Both the position numbers and the translations under genes were made by a program. From NCBI GenBank assembly GCA_018396535.1, contig JAGTQC010000004.1:96569-160568 (forward strand): DNA of 64,000 nucleotides, in the 5' to 3' direction. Source of the DNA: Candidatus Bathyarchaeota archaeon. Its GTDB lineage: Archaea > Thermoproteota > CALKCG01 > B24 > DRYS01. Positions 9,201 through 19,162 of this stretch are shown one piece after another (the first letter of the stretch is position 1; every line of letters begins with the position of its first letter). The notes below the pieces were generated by a model that saw only the letters and a program-made list of their open reading frames with translations, ran no database searches and was not told the DNA's origin.

Positions 9201-9905
9201 ATGGGTAGACGTATACGAGCTCAGAAGATAGGTAGGGGGTCTCCGCCGTGGAAGGCTCCCACTCATAAGAGGATAGCCCCCGTTAGATATCCTCAGCTAG
9301 ATAAGCCTATGAAAGGCTTGGTAGAGGAGCTTCTACACGAACCTGGGCGTGGTGCTCCGATAGCTAAAATAAAGCTTGAGGATGGTCGGGTATTCTACAA
9401 CGTAGCTGTCGAATCGCTTAAGGTAGGCGATATAATATACGTAGGAGGCGGAGGGTTAACTATAGGTTCGATAGCCCCTCTGAGAGATATCCCAGACGGA
9501 TCTATCGTATGTAACATAGAGTGTAGACCAGGATCTGGGGGTAATCTAGCTAGATCATCTGGAGCCTATGCTACAATCCTAAGCCATGCAGGCGGATACG
9601 TAACCCTACAGCTACCGTCGGGTAAGATGGCTGTTATACCAGAGGAGTGTAGAGCGACGATAGGTGTAGTAGCTGGTGGTGGACGTATAGAGAAGCCGTT
9701 CCTTAAAGCTGGTGTTAAGATGAAGTTGATGAGGGCTAAGGGTAGGAAGTGGCCTATAGTTAGGGGTGTAGCTATGGCTGCAGTCCACCATCCGCATGGT
9801 GGGGGGAGGCATCAAAGCGAGGGCCATCCGACTACCGTATCTAGGAATCTACCACCAGGAGCTAAGGTCGGTCATATAGCTGCTAAAAGGACTGGTAAGA
9901 AGTAG
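9201..9905 (+). CDS. rpl2: 50S ribosomal protein L2
   Basis: HEPGRGAP, LPSG, WPIVRGVAM, HPHGGG and GAKVGHIAAKRTG. Confidence 0.98.
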   Translation: MGRRIRAQKIGRGSPPWKAPTHKRIAPVRYPQLDKPMKGLVEELLHEPGRGAPIAKIKLEDGRVFYNVAVESLKVGDIIYVGGGGLTIGSIAPLRDIPDGSIVCNIECRPGSGGNLARSSGAYATILSHAGGYVTLQLPSGKMAVIPEECRATIGVVAGGGRIEKPFLKAGVKMKLMRAKGRKWPIVRGVAMAAVHHPHGGGRHQSEGHPTTVSRNLPPGAKVGHIAAKRTGKK

Positions 9906-9910
9906 GTGAG

Positions 9911-9924
9911 GAAACCCTTATATC
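9911..9924 (+). promoter_or_regulatory. BRE/TATA-like internal promoter upstream of rps19
   Basis: GAAACCCTTATATC, matching the motif seen before rpl3 and the thermosome gene. Confidence 0.45.
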
Positions 9925-9958
9925 TAGCTCCCACTCTAGATGGCTTTAGCGTTAAGCT

Positions 9959-10354
9959 ATGTCTCGTGAATTCGTCTACAGAGGGTATACGTGGAGTCAG
10001 ATTAGAGAAATGTCTAGCGACGAATTTATCAAGCTTCTACCATCTAGACAGAGGCGTAGTCTTACGCGAGGTCTAAAACCCGAGCAGGTGAAGCTTCTGG
10101 AGAGGATAAACCTAGCTATTAAGGGTAAGTATACTAAGCCTATAAAAACTCATTGTAGGGATATGGTGATCCTACCTAAGATGGTCGGTCTAACAATACA
10201 CGTATACGATGGACATAAATTCGTCCCGGTAACTATAACCGAGAAGATGATAGGGCACTATCTAGGTGAATTCGTACCTACCAACAAACCTGTTAAGCAT
10301 GGAGCACCGGGTGTAGGTGCTAGTAGAGGATCTATGTACGTACCACTTAAGTAG
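9959..10354 (+). CDS. rps19: 30S ribosomal protein S19
   Basis: [27 protein letters not shown] and HGAPGVGA. Confidence 0.98.
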   Translation: MSREFVYRGYTWSQIREMSSDEFIKLLPSRQRRSLTRGLKPEQVKLLERINLAIKGKYTKPIKTHCRDMVILPKMVGLTIHVYDGHKFVPVTITEKMIGHYLGEFVPTNKPVKHGAPGVGASRGSMYVPLK

Positions 10355-10415
10355 ATCAGCATAATTATCCGAATGAAACCTTTTTACTCCTAGACTATAA
10401 GCATCAATCTATCTA

Positions 10416-10973
10416 ATGACTCATAGAGGATTATTCGTAGGTAGATTCCAACCACTCCATATAGGCCATCTTAGAGCTATACGGTGGATACTCGATAGAG
10501 TCGATGAGCTGATAATAGCTATAGGTAGTGCACAGTATAGTCATACACTTCAGAATCCATTCACAGCTGGTGAACGACTTGAAATGATAAGAGCATCGCT
10601 GATAGATGATGGTATAGATCTATCGAGGATAATAACGGTAACCATACCAGATATACACGTACATAGTCTATGGGTTAGACTAGTAGTCTCGCTATCCCCT
10701 AGATTCCATGTAGTATACTCTAACGAGCCTCTAACTCGTAGATTATTCGAAGAGGAGGGTTTCACAGTAGAGGATATACCATTCTTCGATAGGGAGATCT
10801 ATAGTGCTACAGAGGTTAGGAGACGTATACTCGAAGATGGTGATTGGAGGAGTCTAGTACCTGAAGCCGTAGCTAAGCTTATAGATGAATTCAAAGGTGT
10901 AGAGCGTATGAAGAATCTAGCTAGAACAGATAGGGTTGAGGAGCCTAAACCAGGGAATATGCTCGGCATATAG
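10416..10973 (+). CDS. nadM: Nicotinamide-nucleotide adenylyltransferase
   Basis: GRFQPLHIGH, GSAQYSHT-NPFTAGER and SATEVRRR. Confidence 0.95.
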   Translation: MTHRGLFVGRFQPLHIGHLRAIRWILDRVDELIIAIGSAQYSHTLQNPFTAGERLEMIRASLIDDGIDLSRIITVTIPDIHVHSLWVRLVVSLSPRFHVVYSNEPLTRRLFEEEGFTVEDIPFFDREIYSATEVRRRILEDGDWRSLVPEAVAKLIDEFKGVERMKNLARTDRVEEPKPGNMLGI

Positions 10974-10987
10974 GGTAACACTCTAGA

Positions 10988-11578
10988 CTATACTGGAGGC
11001 TTAGGCATAACTATGGTAGACTCATCCGGATCTCCTAGAATCGTACATTCACCTCTCACATACATTAAACCTGTATAGGCTGCGGTGATAGCATCGAGTT
11101 CGTGAACCGTCGGATCTGGGCTATGAATTCTAAGACCTAGCTTTTCTAGACCATACCTAAGACGATACCTATCCTTCTTAGCTCTAGGTAGGCCTAAGAT
11201 ATCCTGTGCGCCACCAGGATAGACTTCTATAACCTCGAATCCAAAACCCTCGATTATAGGCTTAAGCCGCATACCCCTCTCGGTTAGCATACGCATAGCT
11301 CCAAGCGTTACTGGTAGAAATCTTATACCAGCTCTCCTAAGCATTATATCACATAACCTTAAATGCGGGCCGCTATCCTCTATGCTACCTCTACCTCTAG
11401 GTAAGCCTAGAGGTGCATCGATAGCTACAACTCTAGGCTTACATTCGGCTATAACCTTCAATATCTCATCATCAGTGTAGACTATGGATGTATAAACGTC
11501 TAGAGATGGATAGTATAGCTTAGATAAACCTGTAGGTCTTCTAGGAGATCCAGCTAGATCAAGCCCGATTACTATCAT
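10988..11578 (-). CDS. DUF429 family protein (RNase H-like predicted nuclease)
   Basis: GLDLAG, AIDAPL, IEVYPG and HELDAITAA. Confidence 0.85.
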   Translation of the reverse strand: MIVIGLDLAGSPRRPTGLSKLYYPSLDVYTSIVYTDDEILKVIAECKPRVVAIDAPLGLPRGRGSIEDSGPHLRLCDIMLRRAGIRFLPVTLGAMRMLTERGMRLKPIIEGFGFEVIEVYPGGAQDILGLPRAKKDRYRLRYGLEKLGLRIHSPDPTVHELDAITAAYTGLMYVRGECTILGDPDESTIVMPKPPV

Positions 11579-11593
11579 CCCATCAATATGAAT

Positions 11594-12199
11594 CTAGAAT
11601 AAGGGTATAAACTCCTCTCTAACATCATTCTCCGATATGAGTAGTAGGTCAACACCATCGCCGCTAGTAGCATCACGCATAGAAGCAGTCTTAACACTCC
11701 TGATAGCTAACTCTCTAGCATCTACTAAACTGATATCCCTAGTATAGCCAGATTCTATAACACCTATAGCTACCTCAGCCCCTGTTCCTAGAGCTGTATA
11801 GTTATCTGGTAAGACTACTCCAAGAGGATCTAGTACATAGAGGCTATACCCCTCCTCCCGATCATATCCGCCTACGATTATCTCTGTTAGAAGCGGGTAC
11901 ATCCTATGATAGATAAGTATATTCGATGTAAGCTTAGCAGCAGATCTAACAGTAGCTGATCTACCGAGTTCAAGCTCTAGTATCTTAACCTCAGCTCTTA
12001 TAAGATCGGCTATGGATTGCATATCTGATACCAATCCAGCACACGCAAACCCTATACGTTCAGCTATACGGAAGACCTTCTTAGCTCTACGACTCAATAT
12101 GTATCCTCCATAGCTAAGCCGCTTCTCTGAAGCTAGTACAACACCATCCCTAGCTACTATACCTACTGCCGTAGCTCCAGTGAGATACTGGAAAGCCAT
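11594..12199 (-). CDS. psmB: Proteasome subunit beta (probably the non-catalytic type)
   Basis: GATAVGI, VVLASEKR, GLVSDMQ, ALGTGA and RDATSGDG. Confidence 0.93.
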   Translation of the reverse strand: MAFQYLTGATAVGIVARDGVVLASEKRLSYGGYILSRRAKKVFRIAERIGFACAGLVSDMQSIADLIRAEVKILELELGRSATVRSAAKLTSNILIYHRMYPLLTEIIVGGYDREEGYSLYVLDPLGVVLPDNYTALGTGAEVAIGVIESGYTRDISLVDARELAIRSVKTASMRDATSGDGVDLLLISENDVREEFIPLF

Positions 12200-12251
12200 A
12201 TTAGATCAATATTTGATTCCCCTACAGATATATATTAGGGTTTCCTAATAG

Positions 12252-12857
12252 TTGAGAAACGCTTATCTACTACTCCAATACATGTTTTCAGAGGATAAGT
12301 TGGTATACACCCCGGTATGCTATTTCGATCTTAAATCAGGTATACTTTGTCCTAGATGTGAGGCTAAACTTCGCAGCGGGGAGATATCCGAGCTAGATAT
12401 AGAGGTAGCTAAACTACTAGTGAATGTAGAATCTAAGTTTCCGCAATTACAGAAGGCTTCATTCATAAGAGCGGTAGATACCGGAGAGCATACGATCATA
12501 GTATTCGGGCAGGGCGATCTAGCTAGGTTGAATCCTATACTAGGCGAGTTACGTAGAGTAGTATCAGATAAGCTTGGTAAACCTGCTATCATACTCGAGA
12601 ATCAGAGCGATCCTAGAATGCTTATAGAGGATCTCCTAAGCCCGTTAAGGATAGTCGCTATGAATACTCTCTGGATACCTGATGGTACACGTGAACTCCA
12701 CATCATAGTTAGTGGCAGTAAGCGTAACCTACCAATCTCCGAGAAGATCCTGCACTCTATCGTGGAAAAGCTCTACGGTACATCGCTACGTATAACCTTC
12801 GAGCCTCCTATCGAGCAGCGTAGGGGGGTTAAGCGTAGAATCCAGAAGACTCGATAG
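12252..12857 (+). CDS. NusA-like KH-domain protein (true start probably TTG near 12300)
   Basis: [21 protein letters not shown]-terminus; NTLWIPDG. Confidence 0.7.
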   Translation: MRNAYLLLQYMFSEDKLVYTPVCYFDLKSGILCPRCEAKLRSGEISELDIEVAKLLVNVESKFPQLQKASFIRAVDTGEHTIIVFGQGDLARLNPILGELRRVVSDKLGKPAIILENQSDPRMLIEDLLSPLRIVAMNTLWIPDGTRELHIIVSGSKRNLPISEKILHSIVEKLYGTSLRITFEPPIEQRRGVKRRIQKTR

Positions 12858-12895
12858 CTATGCTATAATAATCTACCCCTCTATATGTTCTCCAT

Positions 12896-12909
12896 GAAAC
12901 GTTTATATC
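12896..12909 (+). promoter_or_regulatory. BRE/TATA promoter of the thermosome gene
   Basis: GAAACGTTTATATC. Confidence 0.55.
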
Positions 12910-12931
12910 TAGGCTAACTATCTCCTCAACT

Positions 12932-14617
12932 TTGATAATAGCTATGACCGCCGAAGTTATACCTGCTGTAACCGAGAGTGGGCAGCCTATACTAATACTT
13001 AAGGAGGGTACCTCTAGGGTTAGGGGTAGGGATGCGCAGGTAAATAATATAACAGCAGCTAGGATCGTAGCCGAGATGGTTAAAACATCGCTTGGACCAG
13101 CTGGTATGGATAAGATGCTCGTCGATACTCTAGGAGATGTTACGATAACAAACGATGGTGCTACGATACTAAAGGAGATGGATGTTCAGCATCCGGCTGC
13201 TAAGATGATGGTGGAGATAGCTAAAGCTACCGATAGCGAAGTAGGTGATGGTACGACTAGCGTAGTCGTACTAGCTGGTGAGCTTTTAGGTAAAGCTCTC
13301 GAATTAATAGAGCTTAACGTGCATCCATCTATAATAGTCGACGGCTATAAGAGGGCTCTCGATGAAGCTTTAAGCGTTCTAAGATCGATAGCTGTGAAAG
13401 TTGATCCTCTAGATAGAGATACGTTGATAAAGGTTGCTATGACTGCTATGGGTACTAAAGCAGTTAAGGAGGGTAGGGAGTATCTAGCTAAACTAGTCGT
13501 GGATGCTATACTACAAGTTGCTAGGAAGATCGGGGATAGATATGTAGTCGATCTAGATGATATCAAGGTTGAGAAGAAGGCTGGCGGTACCATATTCGAT
13601 ACCCAGCTTATCAAGGGTGTTGTATTGGATAAGGAGGTTGTACATGCAGGTATGCCTAAGCTTGTTAGGAATGCTAGGATAGCGTTACTAAACTGCCCCT
13701 TAGAGATAGAGAAGACGGAGTTCGATGCTAAGATCAATATAGAGACTCCTGAGCAGATGAAGGCTTTCCTAGATGAGGAGGCTAGGATGCTTAAGGATAT
13801 GGTTGATAAGATTGCTGCTACAGGTGCTAACGTAGTATTCTGTCAGAAGGGTATAGATGATATGGCTCAATACTTCCTAGCTAAGAAGGGTATACTAGCA
13901 GTAAGAAGGGTTAAGGAATCAGATATGCAGAAGCTTTCGAGAGCTACAGGAGCAAGAATAGTAACAAACATAGAAGATCTAAGAACAGAGGATCTAGGAA
14001 CAGCAGAACTAGTAGAAGAGAGGAAGATAGGAGAGGATAGATGGGTATTCGTAGAGGGCTGTGTTAACCCGAGAGCTGTATCGATATTGATAAGGGGTGG
14101 AGCAGATAAGGTTGTTGAGGAAGCTGAACGCTCTATCCACGATGCTCTATGCGTTGTTAAGGATATCGTAGAGTATCCATACCTAGTATTCGGTGGTGGA
14201 GCACCCGAGATGGAGGTTTCATTAAAGGTTAGGAAGTGGGCTGAGAAGCTCTCTGGTAGGGAGCAGCTCGCAGTCTTGAAGTTTGCTGAAGCTTTAGAGG
14301 TTATTCCATCAGCTCTAGCAGAGAACTCTGGTTTAGATGCTATAGATATTATAGTCGAGCTTAGAGCTAGGCATGAGAAGGGACAGATATGGGATGGGGT
14401 CGATGTGATTAAGGGTGGTATAGGCGATATGAAGGCGTTAGAGGTATGTGAGCCTCTCGCTGTTAAAGAGCAGGTACTTAAATCAGCTGTAGAAGCAGCT
14501 ACCTCGATACTGAGGATCGACGATGTCATAGCCGCTGGTAAGCTTAAGGAAGAGGGTAAGAAGGAGAAGAAGGAAGAGGAAGGAGAAGAGGAAAAGCCTA
14601 AGCCAGAGTTAGATTAG
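12932..14617 (+). CDS. ths: Thermosome (group II chaperonin) subunit
   Basis: [19 protein letters not shown] and LRIDDVI; ATG at 12944 may be the true start. Confidence 0.98.
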   Translation: MIIAMTAEVIPAVTESGQPILILKEGTSRVRGRDAQVNNITAARIVAEMVKTSLGPAGMDKMLVDTLGDVTITNDGATILKEMDVQHPAAKMMVEIAKATDSEVGDGTTSVVVLAGELLGKALELIELNVHPSIIVDGYKRALDEALSVLRSIAVKVDPLDRDTLIKVAMTAMGTKAVKEGREYLAKLVVDAILQVARKIGDRYVVDLDDIKVEKKAGGTIFDTQLIKGVVLDKEVVHAGMPKLVRNARIALLNCPLEIEKTEFDAKINIETPEQMKAFLDEEARMLKDMVDKIAATGANVVFCQKGIDDMAQYFLAKKGILAVRRVKESDMQKLSRATGARIVTNIEDLRTEDLGTAELVEERKIGEDRWVFVEGCVNPRAVSILIRGGADKVVEEAERSIHDALCVVKDIVEYPYLVFGGGAPEMEVSLKVRKWAEKLSGREQLAVLKFAEALEVIPSALAENSGLDAIDIIVELRARHEKGQIWDGVDVIKGGIGDMKALEVCEPLAVKEQVLKSAVEAATSILRIDDVIAAGKLKEEGKKEKKEEEGEEEKPKPELD

Positions 14618-14799
14618 CTCCGCTATCATCCACTCTCTAAATCATAACCTAATTCTCAAACTCTAAATACCCCATCTACAGTTTTTATTCTCTCCCCACT
14701 TATCCACAATCTATTCTAGGTATACATACGAATAACCTGTTTATATCCTAGGAGCTTACACCTTAGATTACGTAAGTCTCTCAGAGGGAGGAGTACTCT

Positions 14800-15354
14800 A
14801 TGCTTGAATTCAGATGGCATGGTAGAGCTGGGCAGGGTATAATAACTGCTATAAGGATTCTAGCATCTTCAGCTATAATCGAAGGGAAGTATGTACAAGC
14901 ATTCCCACAGTTCGGTCCTGAACGTATAGGTGCCCCCATCGTAGGGTATTGTAGGATATCTGATACACCGATAACTATCCATGGACCGATAGAGTCACCC
15001 GATGTTGTCGCAGTACTAGATCCTACGATAATAGGTTTAGTAGATGTAGTAGAGGGGTTGAAGCCAGATGGTATAGTCGTCGTTAATAGTAGAGAGGATC
15101 CTAGACAGCTTGCTGTGAAGCTTGGGGTAGCTAGAGTGTATACGGTAGATGCTACAGGTATATGCTTGGATGTTATGGGTTCAGGTAGAGCTGTGAATAT
15201 GGCTGTCATGGCTGCTGTAACTAAGATTACCGGTGTAGTTTCACGTGAATCGCTAGTTAGAGTTCTATCTGAAAGGTTTACGGGTAGGGTTTTGGATATG
15301 AACTTGAAGGTATTGGATAGAAGCTTCACAGAGGTGAAGGGTGTTGAAGCTTAA
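14800..15354 (+). CDS. porG: Pyruvate/2-oxoacid:ferredoxin oxidoreductase gamma subunit
   Basis: RWHGRAGQG and FPQFGPERIGAP. Confidence 0.92.
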   Translation: MLEFRWHGRAGQGIITAIRILASSAIIEGKYVQAFPQFGPERIGAPIVGYCRISDTPITIHGPIESPDVVAVLDPTIIGLVDVVEGLKPDGIVVVNSREDPRQLAVKLGVARVYTVDATGICLDVMGSGRAVNMAVMAAVTKITGVVSRESLVRVLSERFTGRVLDMNLKVLDRSFTEVKGVEA

Positions 15355-15625
15355 GGGGTGGCGTGAAATACCTATAGGAGGTATACTACTAGAACCCGGA
15401 TCTGCGGCTGAGTATAGAACTGGGGATTGGAGGTTATTCAGACCAATCATAGACTGTTCGAAGTGTATAAAGTGTCTGCTATGCTGGATCTATTGTCCTG
15501 AACCAGCTATAGTGAGGAGGGATGATGATAGTGTAGAGGTAGATTACTATCATTGTAAAGGATGTGGTATATGTGCATCTGAATGCCCCGTCAAGGCTAT
15601 ATCTATGGTTGAAGAGGTGAGGTAG
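15341..15625 (+). CDS. porD: Pyruvate/2-oxoacid:ferredoxin oxidoreductase delta subunit
   Basis: TGDWR, CIKCLLCWIYCP and CKGCGICASECP. Confidence 0.93.
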   Translation: MLKLKGWREIPIGGILLEPGSAAEYRTGDWRLFRPIIDCSKCIKCLLCWIYCPEPAIVRRDDDSVEVDYYHCKGCGICASECPVKAISMVEEVR

Positions 15626-16813
15626 ATGGCTGCATGGATTGCTGGACGAGTACTAGCTATGAATGGTAATGAAGTTGTAGCATACGCTGTTAAACAATGT
15701 GGTGTAGATATCGTCGCAGCATACCCTATAACGCCTCAGACCATTATAGTAGAAGCGTTCAGCAGGTATGTAGCTGATGGGCTTGTAGATACAAGCTTCA
15801 TATGCGTCGAATCTGAGCATTCAGCTATGTCTGCTTGTATAGGTGCAAGCCTTATGGGTGCTAGAGTCTTCACAGCTACATCGAGCCAGGGGTTAGCCTT
15901 AATGCATGAAGCTCTATACGCAGCTTCAGGTCTTAGATGTCCTATAGTTATGGTTGTAGTTAACAGAGCTTTATCAGCTCCGATAAATATACACTGCGAC
16001 CACTCTGATATGATGGGTTCCAGGGATTGCGGATGGATCCAGATATTCACGGAAAACGTTCAAGAAGCATACGATTTTACTATACAAGCTTTCAGGATAG
16101 CTGAGCATCCAGATGTACTATTACCAGTCGCCGTGAATCTAGATGGTTTCACTATATCCCACTGCGTAGAGAATTTCGTATCGCTAACAGATGAGGAGGC
16201 TTTAAGCTTTGTAGGACCTAAACGTAACCCGGTCTACTGGCTTAACCCTGATAAACCTATAACCGTAGGTGCTCTAACCCTACCAGACTACTACTATGAG
16301 GTTAAGAGACAGCAAGTTGAAGCTATGGATAATGCCTACAGGGTCTTCCTAGATACGGTTAAAGCATTTAGAGATCTGACAGGTAGAGCATATAGCCCGG
16401 TCGAAGTATGGGGTAGCGACTACGCTGATGTAGCTGTAATGGTTTTAGGTAGTACAGTAGGGTTGATGAGAAGTATAGCATATAGATATGGTGGTAGGGT
16501 TAAAGTAGTATTTCCGAGATTATTCAGACCGTTTCCATCTAAGGATATCAGGGCTATCCTAGAGGATGTTAAGGTCGTAGCTGTTATGGATAGATCCATA
16601 GCCTTTGGAGCCCCGCTCAACCCGCTAGCTTCTACTATAGCTTCAACTATCATCTTAGAGGGTTTGGATACTAAGCTCGTAAACTTCGTCTACGGGTTAG
16701 GTGGTAGAGATTTGAAGGTTTCAGAAGCAGAGTATATAATCGAGTATGCGTTGAAAGCATGCGAAACAGGTGTTATAGATAAGCCTATACAATTCATAGG
16801 GGTGAGAGAATAG
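15626..16813 (+). CDS. porA: Pyruvate/2-oxoacid:ferredoxin oxidoreductase alpha subunit
   Basis: AYPITPQT, ESEHSA, TATSSQGL and YGLGGRD. Confidence 0.95.
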   Translation: MAAWIAGRVLAMNGNEVVAYAVKQCGVDIVAAYPITPQTIIVEAFSRYVADGLVDTSFICVESEHSAMSACIGASLMGARVFTATSSQGLALMHEALYAASGLRCPIVMVVVNRALSAPINIHCDHSDMMGSRDCGWIQIFTENVQEAYDFTIQAFRIAEHPDVLLPVAVNLDGFTISHCVENFVSLTDEEALSFVGPKRNPVYWLNPDKPITVGALTLPDYYYEVKRQQVEAMDNAYRVFLDTVKAFRDLTGRAYSPVEVWGSDYADVAVMVLGSTVGLMRSIAYRYGGRVKVVFPRLFRPFPSKDIRAILEDVKVVAVMDRSIAFGAPLNPLASTIASTIILEGLDTKLVNFVYGLGGRDLKVSEAEYIIEYALKACETGVIDKPIQFIGVRE

Positions 16814-16815
16814 AT

Positions 16816-17745
16816 ATGTCCATACCCATAAAAGCTATAACTAGGGAAGAGTATCTAAGTCCAGGTCACCGTCTATGTGCAGGCTGCGGATCGGCTTTAG
16901 CTATAAGACTAGCTTTAAAAGCTATTAGAGGACCTACGGTCGTAGCTCAAGCTACAGGATGTGTCGAGGTATCTACGACGATATACCCGCAGACAGCTTG
17001 GAGAATCCCCTGGGCTCACATACTATTCGAGAATGCTGCAGCCGTAGCTTCAGGCATCGTCGAAGCTGTGAAAGCGTTGAGGAAGAAGGATATCTTAGAT
17101 AAGGATATAGATGTCATAGCTATAGCAGGTGATGGCGGTACGTTCGATATAGGTATACAAGCCCTATCGGGTGCTCTAGAGAGGGGCCACGACTTCGTAT
17201 ACCTATGCTACGATAACGAAGCATACATGAATACTGGTATACAGAGATCTGGGGCTACTCCAAGGGGGGCTTCTACTACTACATCGCCTGCCGGTAGGGT
17301 TATACCTGGTAAGAGGGAGGTTAAGAAGGATCTTATAGGTATAGCTGTAGCTCATGGAATACCGTATGCAGCTACAGCTTCTATAGCCTATCCAGGTGAC
17401 TATATAGCTAAGGTTAGGAAGGCTATAGAAGTAGATGGGCCTGCTGTAATACACGTCCTAGCTCCATGCCCATTAGGATGGGGTAGCGAACCCTCGAATA
17501 CGATTAAACTAGCTAGATTAGCCGTTCAGACGAGGGTATTCCCGATATATGAGGTCATAGATGGACGTTACAAGCTTAATGTTAAAGTAGCTAAGCCTAC
17601 ACCGGTTGAGGAATACCTTAAGCTTCAGAGGAGGTTCGAACACTTGTTTAGACCGGAGTTCAAGGATGAATTAGAGGAGATTAAGCGGATAATCGATGAA
17701 CGCTGGAATAGGCTGCTAGAGTTATGCGGTGAAAAACCTGCTTAA
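16816..17745 (+). CDS. porB: Pyruvate/2-oxoacid:ferredoxin oxidoreductase beta subunit
   Basis: CAGCG, TPP motif GDGG...DNEAYMNTG and PCPLGW. Confidence 0.95.
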   Translation: MSIPIKAITREEYLSPGHRLCAGCGSALAIRLALKAIRGPTVVAQATGCVEVSTTIYPQTAWRIPWAHILFENAAAVASGIVEAVKALRKKDILDKDIDVIAIAGDGGTFDIGIQALSGALERGHDFVYLCYDNEAYMNTGIQRSGATPRGASTTTSPAGRVIPGKREVKKDLIGIAVAHGIPYAATASIAYPGDYIAKVRKAIEVDGPAVIHVLAPCPLGWGSEPSNTIKLARLAVQTRVFPIYEVIDGRYKLNVKVAKPTPVEEYLKLQRRFEHLFRPEFKDELEEIKRIIDERWNRLLELCGEKPA

Positions 17746-17754
17746 CCTCAAAAA

Positions 17755-18912
17755 TTGATGAAGATATACGATGTAGCTGTAATTGGAGGCGGACCTGCAG
17801 GCTTATCTGCAGCTACCTCTGCATCCAGATTTAATGCAGATACAATTCTTTTCGAAGAGCATGGAAGTATAGGTCTACCATGGCATTGTGCAGGTGTAGT
17901 TAGTTCTAGAATGATTAGATACCTAAATCTAGGAGGATCTGAGAAGACAATCCTATCGAGTTTCGATACGGTAGATGTATACCTATCCCTACGCTACGTA
18001 TTCTCGATAAGGAGTAGTATACCCCAATTAGTCTTAGATAGAGCTGCATTCGATAGATTCCTAGCGGATAGAGCATCCTCCTACGGTGTGAAGCTGATAC
18101 TGAGGAGTAGAGTCAGAAGTCTAAACTACGCGGATGGTAATCTAATCGATATCTCTACAGACGGCTCTAGCTATAAGTGTAGGATAGCTATACTAGCTGA
18201 GGGTTTACCCGGTGTATTAGCTAGGAGTCTCGGTTTTAATCTACGTAAACTTACTATGCTCCCATCGATCCAGTACCTAGTTCATGTAGCACCTAATCTA
18301 GATATGGGTATCGTCGAAGTGCATCTACTACAAGGTTTATCACCTCCATTCTTCGCATGGGTTATACCGATCGATAAAGGTGTATGTAGAGTAGGCTTAG
18401 CCTCATACAGATCTACGCAGCTTAAACCGTTTATAGAAGCGTTTCTCTCTAGAAGGTTCAACAGCTGGAGGATGATATCTAAGAGTAGATGGCTTATACC
18501 TATCGGAGGACCGTTAGATAGGACTGTGAAAGGTCATGTAATCCTAGTAGGTGATGTAGCGGGTCAAGCTAAACCAACTACAGGTGGTGGTATAATTTCA
18601 AGTATAGCATGCGGTATGATAGCAGGTTCGATAGCTGGCTCAGCATCGGTTGAGGATGAATATTCGATACTAGATCAGTATGAAAGCTTATGGAGGAGCT
18701 TCTTCGATTTCAAGTTTAAGATACAGAAGATCGCTAGGAAGGCTGTAGATAGGATGCGGTGGACGATACTATCCTCGATGGTGGAATCCATATCCGATAT
18801 GAATCGTGAATTTAGAGTTGTAGACCTCGATACTCAGATAGACCTTATATCGAAGCTTATATCATCGCCTCGTATAGTTTTTACTATCTTGAAATCTCTA
18901 CTCAAGCTATAA
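17755..18912 (+). CDS. Geranylgeranyl reductase family FAD-dependent oxidoreductase
   Basis: GGGPAG, PWHCAG, LDRAAFD, AWVIP and VGDVAGQAKPTTGGG. Confidence 0.85.
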   Translation: MMKIYDVAVIGGGPAGLSAATSASRFNADTILFEEHGSIGLPWHCAGVVSSRMIRYLNLGGSEKTILSSFDTVDVYLSLRYVFSIRSSIPQLVLDRAAFDRFLADRASSYGVKLILRSRVRSLNYADGNLIDISTDGSSYKCRIAILAEGLPGVLARSLGFNLRKLTMLPSIQYLVHVAPNLDMGIVEVHLLQGLSPPFFAWVIPIDKGVCRVGLASYRSTQLKPFIEAFLSRRFNSWRMISKSRWLIPIGGPLDRTVKGHVILVGDVAGQAKPTTGGGIISSIACGMIAGSIAGSASVEDEYSILDQYESLWRSFFDFKFKIQKIARKAVDRMRWTILSSMVESISDMNREFRVVDLDTQIDLISKLISSPRIVFTILKSLLKL

Positions 18913-19162
18913 GCTACCCCCTCTGATCAGATCTATACGCTACGCTAGCTTTACAGTATTCAAACTCCGATATTTAATAACTTCTAGATCATATAGCCAC
19001 CTCCTAGAACTGGTATTTTTCATAATAGATCTTCTCAATGGGATAGATTCTTTGAACCTATCACTCGTCTATCGATGTTAAGTGGATACATGTATCTTGG
19101 ATCAAAACTTTATTAATCGATGAACCCATATACTCTATACCGAGGCGTTAGGGGTCTACTAT

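Noticed and set aside
18984-19004. Minus-strand GGAGGTG followed by ATG ATC TAG
   Set aside because: A two-codon ORF with no continuation in that frame and no C/D box pair; cannot be supported.
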